From NCBI GenBank assembly GCA_048270185.1, contig JBLWTJ010000002.1, forward strand, positions 224,001 to 288,000: a stretch of DNA of 64,000 nucleotides, in the 5' to 3' direction. A program made the position numbers and the translations under genes. Shown one piece after another: positions 36,773 through 47,321 of this stretch. This DNA comes from Bacteriovoracaceae bacterium. Its GTDB lineage: Bacteria; Bdellovibrionota; Bacteriovoracia; Bacteriovoracales; Bacteriovoracaceae. Each line of letters starts with the position of its first letter. Positions within the stretch are counted from its first letter, which is position 1. The notes under the pieces are model-generated. The model made no database searches and had not been told where the DNA came from. It saw only the letters and a list, made by a program, of their open reading frames with translations.

Positions 36773-37707
36773 AAGGGAGAGCTAGCTTCGCACATTGATT
36801 GCCAGCCTTTTACTTCTTTTAAGACTTTGTTGTGATCTTTTTCACAATCAGTGATTGGAACGTAAGAATAATAGAGAGATCCTCCTGTGATCTTCTCCAT
36901 TAGTGCTCGACCTTGCTTCGGAACAAAAGCAGGGCAACCGTAACTTCGCCCCATAACTGATCCTTCATTATAGTAAGCTTCATGCATGACAACACCTTGG
37001 GCCCTCGATTTATCGTTAACTCCAGAAACAAGTCCATCCAGTTTCATCCCATTGTAGCTACGGCCACCAACATTAAATGTTGGCCAACCAGAGCGTCCTT
37101 TGACTTTTTCGTCGTGAGATTGAGACATATAAAACTCTCCAGTTTTAAAGAAACCAGGCCTTGTTAATGCCCACTGACTATGAACTTTCTTAGTAGTATA
37201 TTGCTCAGGGATACGACATCTCTTCATCATTCCATTATGATTTGAGTTTGTTGTTACTTTACCATTTTTAATTGTTGCATCAGCAAATCTAATCTTTCCT
37301 ACTTTTCCGCTACCGTGAGAAACTTTCTTTAATTCAACTTCGCCAGTTTCCATATTAAGTAGAAAAAAACGTTTATTCTTTGAGTTTTGTGAGTAATCAG
37401 CGATTGAAATATATTTTTGGTTTTTAAACTTTGATTTATTATTTTGAAAGTACATTAAAGCTTGCTTGAGAGCATTCTTAGGAACGCCATTATATAAGAA
37501 CTTTCCGTAATGGCGACATTCTTTAGGGGCAACCTTTTCAACCACCTTTAAGGCGTCATCAATCGCCATTTCTATTTTATCTATTTCACTTTGATCAATC
37601 CCATTCATACAGCCCGATTGAGTGGCAGAAAATTGATTTGGGGCAACAGCAAAAGACCATGATTGAATAAGAATCAAAGCAAGAAATGATTTCAAAGCTA
37701 CCCCCAC
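36769..37707 (-). CDS. Exported murein L,D-transpeptidase (YkuD_2-type)
   Basis: IADYSQNSKNKRF, VSHGSG, VVMHEA...GRSYGCPA. Confidence 0.85.
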   Translation of the reverse strand: MGVALKSFLALILIQSWSFAVAPNQFSATQSGCMNGIDQSEIDKIEMAIDDALKVVEKVAPKECRHYGKFLYNGVPKNALKQALMYFQNNKSKFKNQKYISIADYSQNSKNKRFFLLNMETGEVELKKVSHGSGKVGKIRFADATIKNGKVTTNSNHNGMMKRCRIPEQYTTKKVHSQWALTRPGFFKTGEFYMSQSHDEKVKGRSGWPTFNVGGRSYNGMKLDGLVSGVNDKSRAQGVVMHEAYYNEGSVMGRSYGCPAFVPKQGRALMEKITGGSLYYSYVPITDCEKDHNKVLKEVKGWQSMCEASSPF

Positions 37708-37725
37708 AATATAAATACGAATACC

Positions 37726-37753
37726 TTATCGACACACTCAACTACTTTCTTTA
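37726..37753 (-). promoter_or_regulatory. sigma28 (FliA)-type promoter
   Basis: Minus strand TAAA-N16-GTCGATAA just upstream of the L,D-transpeptidase gene. Confidence 0.6.
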
Positions 37754-37780
37754 ATATAAATTAATAAGTGCCTAATATAA

Positions 37781-39199
37781 CTACGAAAGGCCCCCATCTT
37801 CTGTTATCGTCTCTTCGATAACTCGCCTTTCTTCATCTGTAATTGGGTCCTCAGTTAGATTCTTAATCCATCGATTCTTTTTAATAATAACAATAGCAAT
37901 CGTGGCACCAAGAATATTTCCAACGACAAATGACCAGTAAATACCTACCTGTCCTAGCGCTGTATGCTTTGAAAGAATATAAGCAATTGGAAAACGAATC
38001 ACCCAAAGAGAGACGATGGCAACCATCATTGAAATCATTGGACTCCCTCCTCCTCTCATGGCACCAGAGGCAACTTGTTGAACACCAATGAGTCCAAAAG
38101 TTAAGGCGATAATTCGAATAAAAACGACGCCTTCATTAATAACCTCAATTTCATTTGGAACAAAAATTTGTAGTGTTTGTTTAGCAAAAATGAAGAATGC
38201 AATTCCTGCAATGGTTAAAGAGATAAAAATCACCCATAAAGAAGTCTTTGTAATTTCTTTTGTTCGCTCGATCTGACCAGCTCCAATATTTTGTCCAACT
38301 AAGGCAGAAGTGGCCATTGCAAAACCAAGGCTTGGAATGATCATAAATGTAAGGACGCGAATACCTATTCCATAAGCTGCAAGAGCAATATCCCCAAACG
38401 TTGCAATAAGAAAAGTCATTACCATCATGGCCATGGCACGTGATGATTGTTCAGCCGAGGCAGGAAATCCAAGATTAATAATTTTCTTAATCAAACTGAG
38501 ATCAATTTGAATTTGGCGAAAATGTATCTTTATCCCTCCCTTACCTTTGGCAAGGAGATAGAGCCCAATAACCGCTGCAATCCCTTGTGTGATTACGGTA
38601 GCGTAAGCTGCACCATCAACACCATATGCTTTAATAGGTCCCCACCCCATAATAAGTATAGGATCGAGTGCAAAATTCATCAGCACAGTGATTAGCACAA
38701 TATAGAAAGGAGTTTTAACATCTCCAACTCCACGGTAAAGAGATTGGAACATCATATATAGATAGCTAAAGATCAATCCAATAAACGAGATCCTTAAATA
38801 TGAAACTGTTAGCCTTACTATCTCTTGATTTGGAGACATGGCGGAAATGACATAAGGAATAACATAGTATGCAATACCGGCCAGTAAAATCGAAGTTGTT
38901 AGAATGATTAGTAGAGTATGCAAACAAACCTTGGAAACCATTCTTGTGTTTCGTTGGCCAGTATATTGTGAAACAAGAATCGTACCACTAACAGCGAAAC
39001 CTGCTCCCATAGAAATCAAGAGAAAGATAACAGGAAATGATAGAGATAAGGAAGCAATAGCATTTGTCCCTAATCGACCAACCCAAAATGTATCTGTTAA
39101 CTGATAGGCCGTTTGAAGAAAGTTGGCCATGACAATAGGAATAGAAAGTTTAAATAAAGACTTTATGACTGAGCCTTGAGTGAGGTCGCTTGTTTTCAC
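37781..39199 (-). CDS. MATE family efflux transporter
   Basis: DLTQGSV...DTFWVGRLG...RGVGDVKTPF...LDPILI; multiple TM segments. Confidence 0.93.
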   Translation of the reverse strand: MKTSDLTQGSVIKSLFKLSIPIVMANFLQTAYQLTDTFWVGRLGTNAIASLSLSFPVIFLLISMGAGFAVSGTILVSQYTGQRNTRMVSKVCLHTLLIILTTSILLAGIAYYVIPYVISAMSPNQEIVRLTVSYLRISFIGLIFSYLYMMFQSLYRGVGDVKTPFYIVLITVLMNFALDPILIMGWGPIKAYGVDGAAYATVITQGIAAVIGLYLLAKGKGGIKIHFRQIQIDLSLIKKIINLGFPASAEQSSRAMAMMVMTFLIATFGDIALAAYGIGIRVLTFMIIPSLGFAMATSALVGQNIGAGQIERTKEITKTSLWVIFISLTIAGIAFFIFAKQTLQIFVPNEIEVINEGVVFIRIIALTFGLIGVQQVASGAMRGGGSPMISMMVAIVSLWVIRFPIAYILSKHTALGQVGIYWSFVVGNILGATIAIVIIKKNRWIKNLTEDPITDEERRVIEETITEDGGLS

Positions 39200-39218
39200 A
39201 AATCTCCTTTTGCTCTAA

Positions 39219-40733
39219 TTAAGCAGCATGTAACTCCTTTGTATCATCAACCTCATCATCTAATTCTTCAATCTTTTTTTTTACAAAACATTCCCCAGCA
39301 CGTTCAATATCCTCTTTTAGTTTAGTCACTAAAAGAATTTTATCACCTTTCTCAAAAACCGTGGCCCCATCAGGGATAATAAACGCACCGTGCCTCTTAA
39401 TAAAGAGAACAATTGCTCCACTTGGAAGCCTTAAATCAACAACACGTTGATCAACAGCAAAATCAGTTGGTCGAATTTCAAGTTGAACAATACCATGCTT
39501 TGTTTGCTCAAGAAGTTCCATATCGACGGGAAAATTAGCATCATCTTCAATATCTGTTATGAGCCCTAATTTTCTCGCAACGGTCTTTAAGGTAGAGCCT
39601 TGCATAAGGGCCGAAGTAATAACGACAAAGAAAACTATATCAAAAAGAGTATGGGCCTTATCCCCCATGTGTGTAGCGGCAAAACTAGCAAAGACAATTG
39701 GAGTAGCTCCCTTTAGTCCCGCCCAAGAAATAAAAATCTTTTCATTCAAATTAAAACGACTTTTAATCAAGCAAAGAAAAACAGTTATTGGCCTTGCGGC
39801 AAAAGTTAAAAAACATGCTATAAAAAGTCCAATAGGAGCAACGGCAAGAAGTCGACTTGGATAAACGAGTAATCCTAACATGATAAAGAGACCTATTTGC
39901 GATAGCCACGTTACTCCGTCAAAGAATAATGTCAGTAGATTCTTGTGAAGAATCTTACGGTTTCCAATCATCATTCCAAAAATATAAACCGCTAAGAAAC
40001 CGTTTCCACCAAGTTTTGTTGTAACGGAATATCCAAAAAATAAAGCTGCCATTGTTAAGGGCGGATAAAGTCCATTAAAATCTAACTTCACAGCATTATT
40101 AATTGTAATAAAAATATGAGAGATGGCCCAACCACCAATCAAACCAATCACTGGATTTGAAATAAATAAGAAGGCCGTGTCCTTAACATCACCTATTCCC
40201 TGCTCAATAAAACCAAGGAGAACTGAAACAAGAAAATAGGCCATTGGATCATTACTTCCCGACTCAAATCTTAGAATATTTTTGACATCCCCAACTTGGG
40301 CCTTTGGGTCCTTAAATGCAGAGAAAACAGCTGCTGCATCAGTTGCAGACAGAATCGCTCCAATGAGCATTGATTCTAATAGACCAATATTTGTTATAAA
40401 GTGAGTAAAACCACCCACTAGTAAAGTAGTTAGAATAATTCCAACAGATGAGAGAAGTACACCTCGGCCAAAGTCTTTCTTGATTTTACTGAAGGGAGTT
40501 TCAAATCCCCCACTAAAAATGATGAGGCATAGAGCCACAAGACTTAAAGAATGAGTTAATTCATAGTTTTCAAAATTGATTCCACCAATACCCTCAGATC
40601 CGGCCACCATTCCTATAATGAGGAATAGTACTAGTACTGGTAGTCCAAATCGACTTGATGATTTACTAAGAACAATGCTTAGAAGCAGTAAAATCGAAGA
40701 ACCTAATAAGAAATTGTTTAAAACCTGCTCCAT
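39219..40733 (-). CDS. cvrA: K+/H+ antiporter NhaP2/CvrA with TrkA-C domain
   Basis: SATDAAAVFS, ESGSNDPMA, GNGFLAVY, WAGLKGATPI. Confidence 0.88.
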   Translation of the reverse strand: MEQVLNNFLLGSSILLLLSIVLSKSSSRFGLPVLVLFLIIGMVAGSEGIGGINFENYELTHSLSLVALCLIIFSGGFETPFSKIKKDFGRGVLLSSVGIILTTLLVGGFTHFITNIGLLESMLIGAILSATDAAAVFSAFKDPKAQVGDVKNILRFESGSNDPMAYFLVSVLLGFIEQGIGDVKDTAFLFISNPVIGLIGGWAISHIFITINNAVKLDFNGLYPPLTMAALFFGYSVTTKLGGNGFLAVYIFGMMIGNRKILHKNLLTLFFDGVTWLSQIGLFIMLGLLVYPSRLLAVAPIGLFIACFLTFAARPITVFLCLIKSRFNLNEKIFISWAGLKGATPIVFASFAATHMGDKAHTLFDIVFFVVITSALMQGSTLKTVARKLGLITDIEDDANFPVDMELLEQTKHGIVQLEIRPTDFAVDQRVVDLRLPSGAIVLFIKRHGAFIIPDGATVFEKGDKILLVTKLKEDIERAGECFVKKKIEELDDEVDDTKELHAA

Positions 40734-40742
40734 ATGGGCAAC

Positions 40743-40769
40743 TTATCGGAATTAGGGCAGAAAACTTTA
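40743..40769 (-). promoter_or_regulatory. sigma28 (FliA)-type promoter
   Basis: Minus strand TAAAGTTT...TCCGATAA = TAAA-N15-TCCGATAA. Confidence 0.7.
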
Positions 40770-40927
40770 GCAAAAAAGTAGGTTTTCCTTGAGATTTATT
40801 TCTTAATTTCATACTTACTTTACGACTTGAAATCAGCAACGTATTAATGGATTAAATAAAAGTTTATGACCAAAGGTTTCATGAGTATTTGTGGTAGTAT
40901 TGGTAGTAATAAACAAATCGAGTTTTA

Positions 40928-41581
40928 ATGAAGAATTTAGAAATTATTGAAAAATATTGTCTCGAAAAATCTGATAAGCCAAGTGAACTTTGTATTGAGC
41001 TAGGTGATTATACAAAAGAAAATCACCCTCTAGGCCGAATGATTTCAGGAGAGCTTGTTGCCTCTCTTCTCGGATTCTTTATCCGCTCTAATAATTATAA
41101 GAATATCTTAGAAATTGGTACCTTCACTGGTTACTCTGCTTTGGCCATGGCCGAAAATATTCCAGCAGATGGAGTTCTTATTACTATTGATAAGAATAAA
41201 AAAATCAACTCCTTTGCAAAATCCTACTGGGATAAAAGTGAACACGGTAAGAAAATCACAGCTCTTTTTGGCGATGCCAATCTTGTTTTAAATGACTTAT
41301 CAGACAAAAAATTTGATCTCGTCTTTATTGATGCCGACAAAGGAAGCTATAAGAACTACCTAGAGAGTTCTCTTAAATTACTTAGTGAAAATGGAATGAT
41401 CGTAGTGGATAATGTACTCTGGAATGGGAAAGTCACTTCAACAGATGTCGATCCAGAAGATAAGACGACAAATGCTCTCATTGCTTTTAATGATTATATT
41501 GAATCACGAACAGATCTTTATAAAACAATGTTGCCTATTCGCGATGGACTCTATCTTATTCAGAAATATAAATCTGTTTAA
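40928..41581 (+). CDS. Class I SAM-dependent O-methyltransferase (CCoAOMT-like)
   Basis: LEIGTFTGYS, FDLVFIDADK, DNVLW. Confidence 0.92.
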   Translation: MKNLEIIEKYCLEKSDKPSELCIELGDYTKENHPLGRMISGELVASLLGFFIRSNNYKNILEIGTFTGYSALAMAENIPADGVLITIDKNKKINSFAKSYWDKSEHGKKITALFGDANLVLNDLSDKKFDLVFIDADKGSYKNYLESSLKLLSENGMIVVDNVLWNGKVTSTDVDPEDKTTNALIAFNDYIESRTDLYKTMLPIRDGLYLIQKYKSV

Positions 41582-42551
41582 AATCTTCTTTCATACTAAT
41601 AATATCAATAGAGTACTTACTTGCCTGATCAAGGATCTTATCAAGTTTACCAACGTGAGAATTTCTATCATAAGAAAATTCTCTCTTTTCGTCATCGTGA
41701 TGAATAATTCCAATAAAGAACTTATACTTTGAATTTAATGCAGTGTGCTTGGCCATTGCAAAGTCACCATCAGAATTACCAAGGACGAAGACAGGAACTT
41801 TACCAATCAACTCCAAGATATTAATGGCCTTACCATCTTTATCATTATTAAACGTCATTTTTGCTTCTCTTTTAAAGACAAGTTTACCCTCTTCAGAGAA
41901 TGTCTTTCCAAAGCGAGAACCAAATACTTGATATGAAGGAAGGTGATAAACCTTGCTATTAAGAACTCGAGCAAATTGAGTTCCCCCACCAGTGACCATA
42001 AAGACTTTAAAATTAAACTCTTGTAATAAGTTAAGAAGTTCAACGCTTGGGGCATAGGCCATGTCGATATATCTCTTATTCACTTTCGGGTGTTTATTCG
42101 TATCAAGCCATTTTGACATATATTCGATATATTCTTCATTTGAGTTTGCAGCCTGAGTTGTTAATAATGCCTGAACTAACTCATTCATATCTTTCACATT
42201 TGGGTAATTCATGATGACCTTATCAACAACTGGATCAGCTTTCTTATACTTGCCAACTGTTACATCTTTATAGAAGTCAACAAGGGCATTGACTTGCACA
42301 TAACTTGGAAACTCACCCCATAGTGTTCCATCATTATCAAAGACAGCGATACGGTCTTCCAAAGGAATAAAGTTCTTCGAATTCTTATTTGAAACATCTT
42401 CGAGATAATTGATTAACCTCTGAGTCGTCTTTGTATTATTCCAATATTTCAGTTCTGCTTTAGGTAATCGAGAGCTTTGACATGAGCATAGTAGACTAGT
42501 AAGAATGACTAGTAACAAAAGATTTAACTTCATAAGAATTTCCTTATTCAA
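41556..42551 (-). CDS. HAD-family hydrolase lipoprotein (likely start 42533)
   Basis: Lipoprotein-like signal (LLCSC); AVFDNDGTLW, VTGGG, GNSDGD, HDDEKREF. Confidence 0.88.
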   Translation of the reverse strand: MNKEILMKLNLLLLVILTSLLCSCQSSRLPKAELKYWNNTKTTQRLINYLEDVSNKNSKNFIPLEDRIAVFDNDGTLWGEFPSYVQVNALVDFYKDVTVGKYKKADPVVDKVIMNYPNVKDMNELVQALLTTQAANSNEEYIEYMSKWLDTNKHPKVNKRYIDMAYAPSVELLNLLQEFNFKVFMVTGGGTQFARVLNSKVYHLPSYQVFGSRFGKTFSEEGKLVFKREAKMTFNNDKDGKAINILELIGKVPVFVLGNSDGDFAMAKHTALNSKYKFFIGIIHHDDEKREFSYDRNSHVGKLDKILDQASKYSIDIISMKEDFKQIYISE

Positions 42552-43020
42552 ATATCGTTAGACTAAGAAAGAAAACTTGCTTATTAAGATCTCCTGGTAA
42601 CTCAAAAGGTATCGTAACAGTTCGAGGGCCAGTAATTCGATCATTCATAATATCATCACCAACGAGAACAACTGGTGTTGTACGCTCGACAGTAAGACCA
42701 GTTAATTTGTTAATATCGGCCTTTGCTTGACCAAGAACCATATTCACAAACTCACCTGCAGAGTCTGATACTTCTTCATTTAAATTTTCTAGATTCTCTG
42801 AGAACATTTTATTGTATATTGAGAGGAAGCTAGAAGAAGTAAAGCAAAGAGCAAGCTCTCCTTTGATCTTTTCACTATCGATATTAATTAATCCGACAAT
42901 ATCAATCACATCTTTAAATTCAAAATTAGGATGAACTTCACCGGCCGTTAAAGGTATATTTAATTGTTTTTTAAATACCTCTAGTAAGGCGTTTAGAAAT
43001 GGTTCAATAAGCTCCATCAA
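42544..43020 (-). CDS. cheX: CheX-family chemotaxis phosphatase
   Basis: DSAGEFVNMVLGQAK (E-x-x-N motif), TPVVLVG. Confidence 0.82.
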   Translation of the reverse strand: MMELIEPFLNALLEVFKKQLNIPLTAGEVHPNFEFKDVIDIVGLINIDSEKIKGELALCFTSSSFLSIYNKMFSENLENLNEEVSDSAGEFVNMVLGQAKADINKLTGLTVERTTPVVLVGDDIMNDRITGPRTVTIPFELPGDLNKQVFFLSLTIFE

Positions 43021-43269
43021 CTCTCTCCAATTTTTCCAACTAAACTAATTGTAGTTGTGAAATCAAATTCGTACAAATGAAGCCCCATTTTGCCATTAGT
43101 TTGGCACATAAAACCAACTTTCTCGCTCAAATACTAACCCCTCATAATTACGTCTAAAACCCTATCTTTCATCAATAAAATACAAGTATTTATTGATATA
43201 TTTATCATTTAAACACGCAAAAAAATGGGCGGTCGACAAGATCTTTTTTAGGCGCTTTTTAATTTATAG

Positions 43270-43962
43270 CTACCATAGAAGTCTGACTGAATAAGGTCTT
43301 CTGTAAGGGAGAATATCAAAGTATTTATCTTGTAAGACTTTTTCAAGTCCTCTATTAATTTCTTGAGGTGTATATATTCCATTTCGTGCTTTATCGATGG
43401 CACGGGAAGAAATATCTGTTGCTTTGATCTTAAATGTTACATTTGGATTCAAAAGCTTAAATCCTTCTAAAGTAAAAAGAACTGAATAAATTTCTTGTCC
43501 ACATGAACAGGCCATGGACCAAATATGTATTTCTTTCTTTTCACCATTTACATTTTAAAGGAAAGGTAAAATTTTTGTTTCAAGATCTGCACTGAGATGT
43601 TCCTTAATTGTATCAATTCCATTAATGAAGTAATTGGCCTCTTCACAACCCAATTTACTGGCACCTTTGAAACTCATAAAACGAGTTTCAAGATCATGGA
43701 CCACGTCTTGAAGCTGCGCTAGACCAAGCATTCCCGATGAACCTTTAATATTGTGAAAAGTTCTAAAGATTTGATCATAATGAATACCTAAGTCTTCACC
43801 TTCTTCAATTTTTAAAAAGGACTCTTCGGCCAGATCAATTAGCTCCATCGAATCATCCACAAACTCTAAATAAAATTTCTCCATCTCATTTTGCATGGAG
43901 GAATTATCGGGGAAGAGATCATTATCCTTAAACCTTCTTGAGATAAGAATTAGACATTTCAC
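43270..43962 (-). pseudogene. Chimeric remnant: Hpt (CheA P1-like) domain joined in frame to an internal CheR fragment, interrupted by TAA at 43557-43555
   Basis: Hpt IFRTFHNIKGSSGMLG; the same frame continues LETKILPFL*NVNGEKKEIHIWSMACSCGQEIYS...ATDISSRAIDKARNGIY and stops before the CheR C-terminal half. Confidence 0.7.
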
Positions 43963-44271
43963 TTTTTAAAAGAAAAATCGAGATTATAAAACAGGACAAG
44001 ATAAGCAACTAAAAATACACAAGAAAGCTATACAATATTTAGATACAATCGCAAGAGCAATCTAAAATCTTTATGACATTTATCATAAAAAGAATATATT
44101 TACCATGATCCAACATATCAGTTTCAGTAACTTACACCGTATAACTGCGCTTTACCTAAAGGCAAAATTTCTTATTTTTTACTTAACGACATTTAAGATA
44201 ATTAGACAGATTTTAAGGAAAAAGTTTTAATAGATGAACGTAGAATATTTATTAAAGTAAAGGATATTTGT

Positions 44272-44979
44272 ATGAAAAATTACGTATTATTATTGGCACT
44301 TGCCTCTATTTTTGCTCAGACATCATGGGCCCAATTTAAATCTGAAGATGAAATCACTTTTATCTCAACTGGTGGAAACTCAAATCAAGATAGCTATAAT
44401 TTTGCTACTCGAAATTCTTATAAGTGGACTAAGAATACATTAACTTTAAATGGAGATTATTCTTATGGAAAGTCAGACGGAACAGTTGATGTGGACAACT
44501 GGTCTGCAACTTTAAGATTTGATCATGACTTATCTGCCAAGCTTGATATTTTTGCAGCAGACTACTATGAGTCTGATCGTTTTAAAGGCTTTTGGTCACG
44601 AAACAACTATGACCTTGGCCTAAAGTATAAGTTTTATGATGAAGATAAGTTTAAATTCTTTATTGAAGTTGGTTACCGTTATACAGAAGTTAACAAAGTT
44701 CAAGACGAGCCTAATACATATGAGCAGAAGTTACGTTTCTACACAGAGCTTGAAAAAGATTTGAAAGAAGGAATTTCAGCACGATTCTGGCTTGAGTATA
44801 TCCCAAGCTTAGAACGTAGTGATAATTATATCGTGAAAATGGAACCATCTATTCGTATGCTGATTAACAAAACTTTCTCTTTAAAGTCAGGAATTCTATG
44901 GGAGTATGAAAATCTTCCACTTGATGGAAAAGATCAACACGATTACAAAATAACAACAAGTTTATTAGCTAATTTTTAA
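44272..44979 (+). CDS. DUF481-family outer-membrane beta-barrel protein
   Basis: Signal peptide; STGGNS, YESDRFKG; alternating beta pattern; terminal Phe. Confidence 0.78.
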   Translation: MKNYVLLLALASIFAQTSWAQFKSEDEITFISTGGNSNQDSYNFATRNSYKWTKNTLTLNGDYSYGKSDGTVDVDNWSATLRFDHDLSAKLDIFAADYYESDRFKGFWSRNNYDLGLKYKFYDEDKFKFFIEVGYRYTEVNKVQDEPNTYEQKLRFYTELEKDLKEGISARFWLEYIPSLERSDNYIVKMEPSIRMLINKTFSLKSGILWEYENLPLDGKDQHDYKITTSLLANF

Positions 44980-44993
44980 TTAACGGAGAATAA

Positions 44994-45821
44994 ATGAAAG
45001 ATATATTTAGCCAAAAGAACCTTGATAGTTTTCAAAAAATGGCCATTGAATACGGATTAACAACTGTTAAAGTAATTATTGTTCTATTTGTTGGTTTAAA
45101 GATCATCAATGTCCTAACAAATCTAGTCAATAAGGCAATGGAGAAGAAAGGAGTTGATCACTCACTTAAATTATTCCTTTCAACAATTGTAAGTGTTGCT
45201 CTAAAAATCGGACTCTTCATTTCAATCATTGGAATGGTTGGTATCAAAACGACAAGCTTTGTTGCACTTCTCGGTGCTGCAGGTCTAGCCTTCGGTATGT
45301 CACTTCAAGGGGCACTCGGAAACCTTGCCGGTGGAGTATTAATACTTTTCTTTAGACCATTTAAAATTGGTAATGTCATTGAGGCCCAAGGATATATTGG
45401 TAAAGTAAAACAAATTGGACTTTTTGCGACAATGCTAAACACTCCGGATAATAAAACAGTTATTCTACCAAATGGATCACTTTCTTCGGGAAGTATTGTT
45501 AATTACTCTGCTGAGAAAACAAGACGTGTGGATTTAATTTTTGGTATCGGCTATGGTGATGATCTAAAGAAGGCCAAGGAAATCCTAACGAATATCACAA
45601 AGAACCATCCTAAGGTTCTTAGTGAGCCTGAAACAACGATTGCAGTACACGCACTAGCAGATAGCTCTGTTAACTTTGCCGTAAGGCCATGGGTTAAGTC
45701 AGAAGACTATTGGGATGTTTATTTTGAGTTAACAGAAGCTGTAAAGTTAACTTTTGATGAGCAAGGAATTTCAATTCCATTCCCACAAAGAGATGTTCAT
45801 CTTTATCAAGAATCTAAATAA
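44994..45821 (+). CDS. mscS: Small-conductance mechanosensitive channel
   Basis: LGAAGLAFGMSLQGALGNLAGG, RPFKIG, LADSSVNF, IPFPQRDVH. Confidence 0.93.
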   Translation: MKDIFSQKNLDSFQKMAIEYGLTTVKVIIVLFVGLKIINVLTNLVNKAMEKKGVDHSLKLFLSTIVSVALKIGLFISIIGMVGIKTTSFVALLGAAGLAFGMSLQGALGNLAGGVLILFFRPFKIGNVIEAQGYIGKVKQIGLFATMLNTPDNKTVILPNGSLSSGSIVNYSAEKTRRVDLIFGIGYGDDLKKAKEILTNITKNHPKVLSEPETTIAVHALADSSVNFAVRPWVKSEDYWDVYFELTEAVKLTFDEQGISIPFPQRDVHLYQESK

Positions 45822-45829
45822 GTGATTTG

Positions 45830-45857
45830 GTTCTAGGGGCAACCCTAGAACTTCTTT
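45830..45857 (+). terminator. Probable terminator after mscS
   Basis: GTTCTAGGG-GCAA-CCCTAGAAC followed by TTCTTT; overlaps the stop of the convergent gene. Confidence 0.6.
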
Positions 45858-47233
45858 GCAAATCCAATCCCAATATAGTGTTGTAGATCGAGATTATCTG
45901 AAATAGGTGATTTACCATATAATTCATAGGCCCTTGAACTAGTGTCATCTTCAACACCAACTCCGACCTTTAGGTATACTGAAGATGTTCCTTTTCGAAA
46001 GAAATTAGCACGAGTTTCAACACCATATTTATGATTGACTTCATCTTTAGCTGTGTACTGGCCATCATAATAGAATCTTGTCTCCATTGCCGGAAATTTT
46101 ATATTCTTATCTTTATCATTAATTTTAATATTTAAACTACCTCCATATGAAACGTAATTTCCATTACCTCCAAGGTAAGAAATTTGCGCCCCCGCATAGA
46201 CATTGGAAGATAGAGATACTTTCTTATCTGGATCTGTTAAATTTGTAATTCTTCCAATTTTAAAATTTGCACGTGGAATTATAGCTCGATCCATATGTTC
46301 ATAGTTTCGATATTGAATTGTTCCAACACCCTTAAAGGCCTTATGCCATTTCTCTTGAGTGGCCAATGCAAAGCCCTTGTCATCCTTTACCGTTACACCT
46401 GCACCGAATTGTACATAAGACTTCTTATCATCACCTATTTTTCTAAGTACTTTAATATCATAATCATCTTTATTAAGCCCTTCCTGGTTCCAAGTCCCAT
46501 CAGAGTTCTGATAACAAAGTTGTTGATATGTAGCTCCTGATATACTCGTTGTACCACAAGGTTTGGCCACAAGCTTCGTATAGGCTTTAGATCCATAACT
46601 TAGAAGTACTTCTCCATTTTCAAATTTTAATTTACCAGAATATTTAAACCCAACAGTAAGGCCACGATCGTCACCTTCGATACCATCTGTTTCTCTAAAA
46701 TTAGTTAGTCCAGTGGCCATGAGTCCTCCATGAAGAGGATTATCATTATTGGAGTTAATTTCAAGCTCCATTCCTTCAAGCTCTCCAAGACCTAGAAGAC
46801 CGTCTCTCTTTTCATCAAGCTTAGGCATTTCGATATCCACAATAAAGTCAGGACTTTCTTCTCCCATTGAAATTGGAGATGGGCCACAATCATGGTTTTC
46901 ACTTTCATTAATTTTTGCCATCTCATAAAGAGAAGACTTTAAAATCTCCTCCGGTGCAGGAGCCGAAATAGCGTAAGTGTCCTTGATTTGAATTAAACGT
47001 TTTTCTAACTCTCCTCGATCTTCTCGTGGAATATTTGAAAATTTCTCAAGAATAAGATCATTGTAGCGAAAGCGCTCATAGAACTTTGTGGACTTTCTAT
47101 CTTGATATGTGAATCTATCTTCCTCTCGATCATAACTAACTGTGATATCACGATTACGGTAAATAACACCTGTTTCCTGTGCCATCACTGAAAGCGAAAA
47201 AATGAAGATGAATATCCTTAAGAGAATTCTCAT
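45845..47233 (-). CDS. Outer-membrane beta-barrel protein, possibly LpxR (lipid A deacylase)-like, with N-terminal extension
   Basis: Signal peptide; NNDN...DDRGLTVG, TQEKWH; C-terminal YIGIGFAKKF. Confidence 0.5.
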   Translation of the reverse strand: MRILLRIFIFIFSLSVMAQETGVIYRNRDITVSYDREEDRFTYQDRKSTKFYERFRYNDLILEKFSNIPREDRGELEKRLIQIKDTYAISAPAPEEILKSSLYEMAKINESENHDCGPSPISMGEESPDFIVDIEMPKLDEKRDGLLGLGELEGMELEINSNNDNPLHGGLMATGLTNFRETDGIEGDDRGLTVGFKYSGKLKFENGEVLLSYGSKAYTKLVAKPCGTTSISGATYQQLCYQNSDGTWNQEGLNKDDYDIKVLRKIGDDKKSYVQFGAGVTVKDDKGFALATQEKWHKAFKGVGTIQYRNYEHMDRAIIPRANFKIGRITNLTDPDKKVSLSSNVYAGAQISYLGGNGNYVSYGGSLNIKINDKDKNIKFPAMETRFYYDGQYTAKDEVNHKYGVETRANFFRKGTSSVYLKVGVGVEDDTSSRAYELYGKSPISDNLDLQHYIGIGFAKKF

Positions 47234-47240
47234 AGTAATC

Positions 47241-47268
47241 TAATCGGTTAATCAGTAAATTTTCCTTA
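47241..47268 (-). promoter_or_regulatory. sigma28-type promoter (imperfect)
   Basis: Minus strand TAAG-N16-ACCGATTA. Confidence 0.45.
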
Positions 47269-47321
47269 TATTATTTATAGTATTCGTTTCATTTCATATA
47301 GTTAGCATGTTATAAGAAGGG

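Noticed and set aside
43099..43116. TTGGCAC near cheX as a sigma54 promoter
   Set aside because: No -12 element, and it points away from cheX.
43555..43557. Programmed read-through or recoding at the in-frame stop
   Set aside because: The stop is TAA, and the downstream CheR fragment is itself truncated, so pseudogenisation is the simpler explanation.
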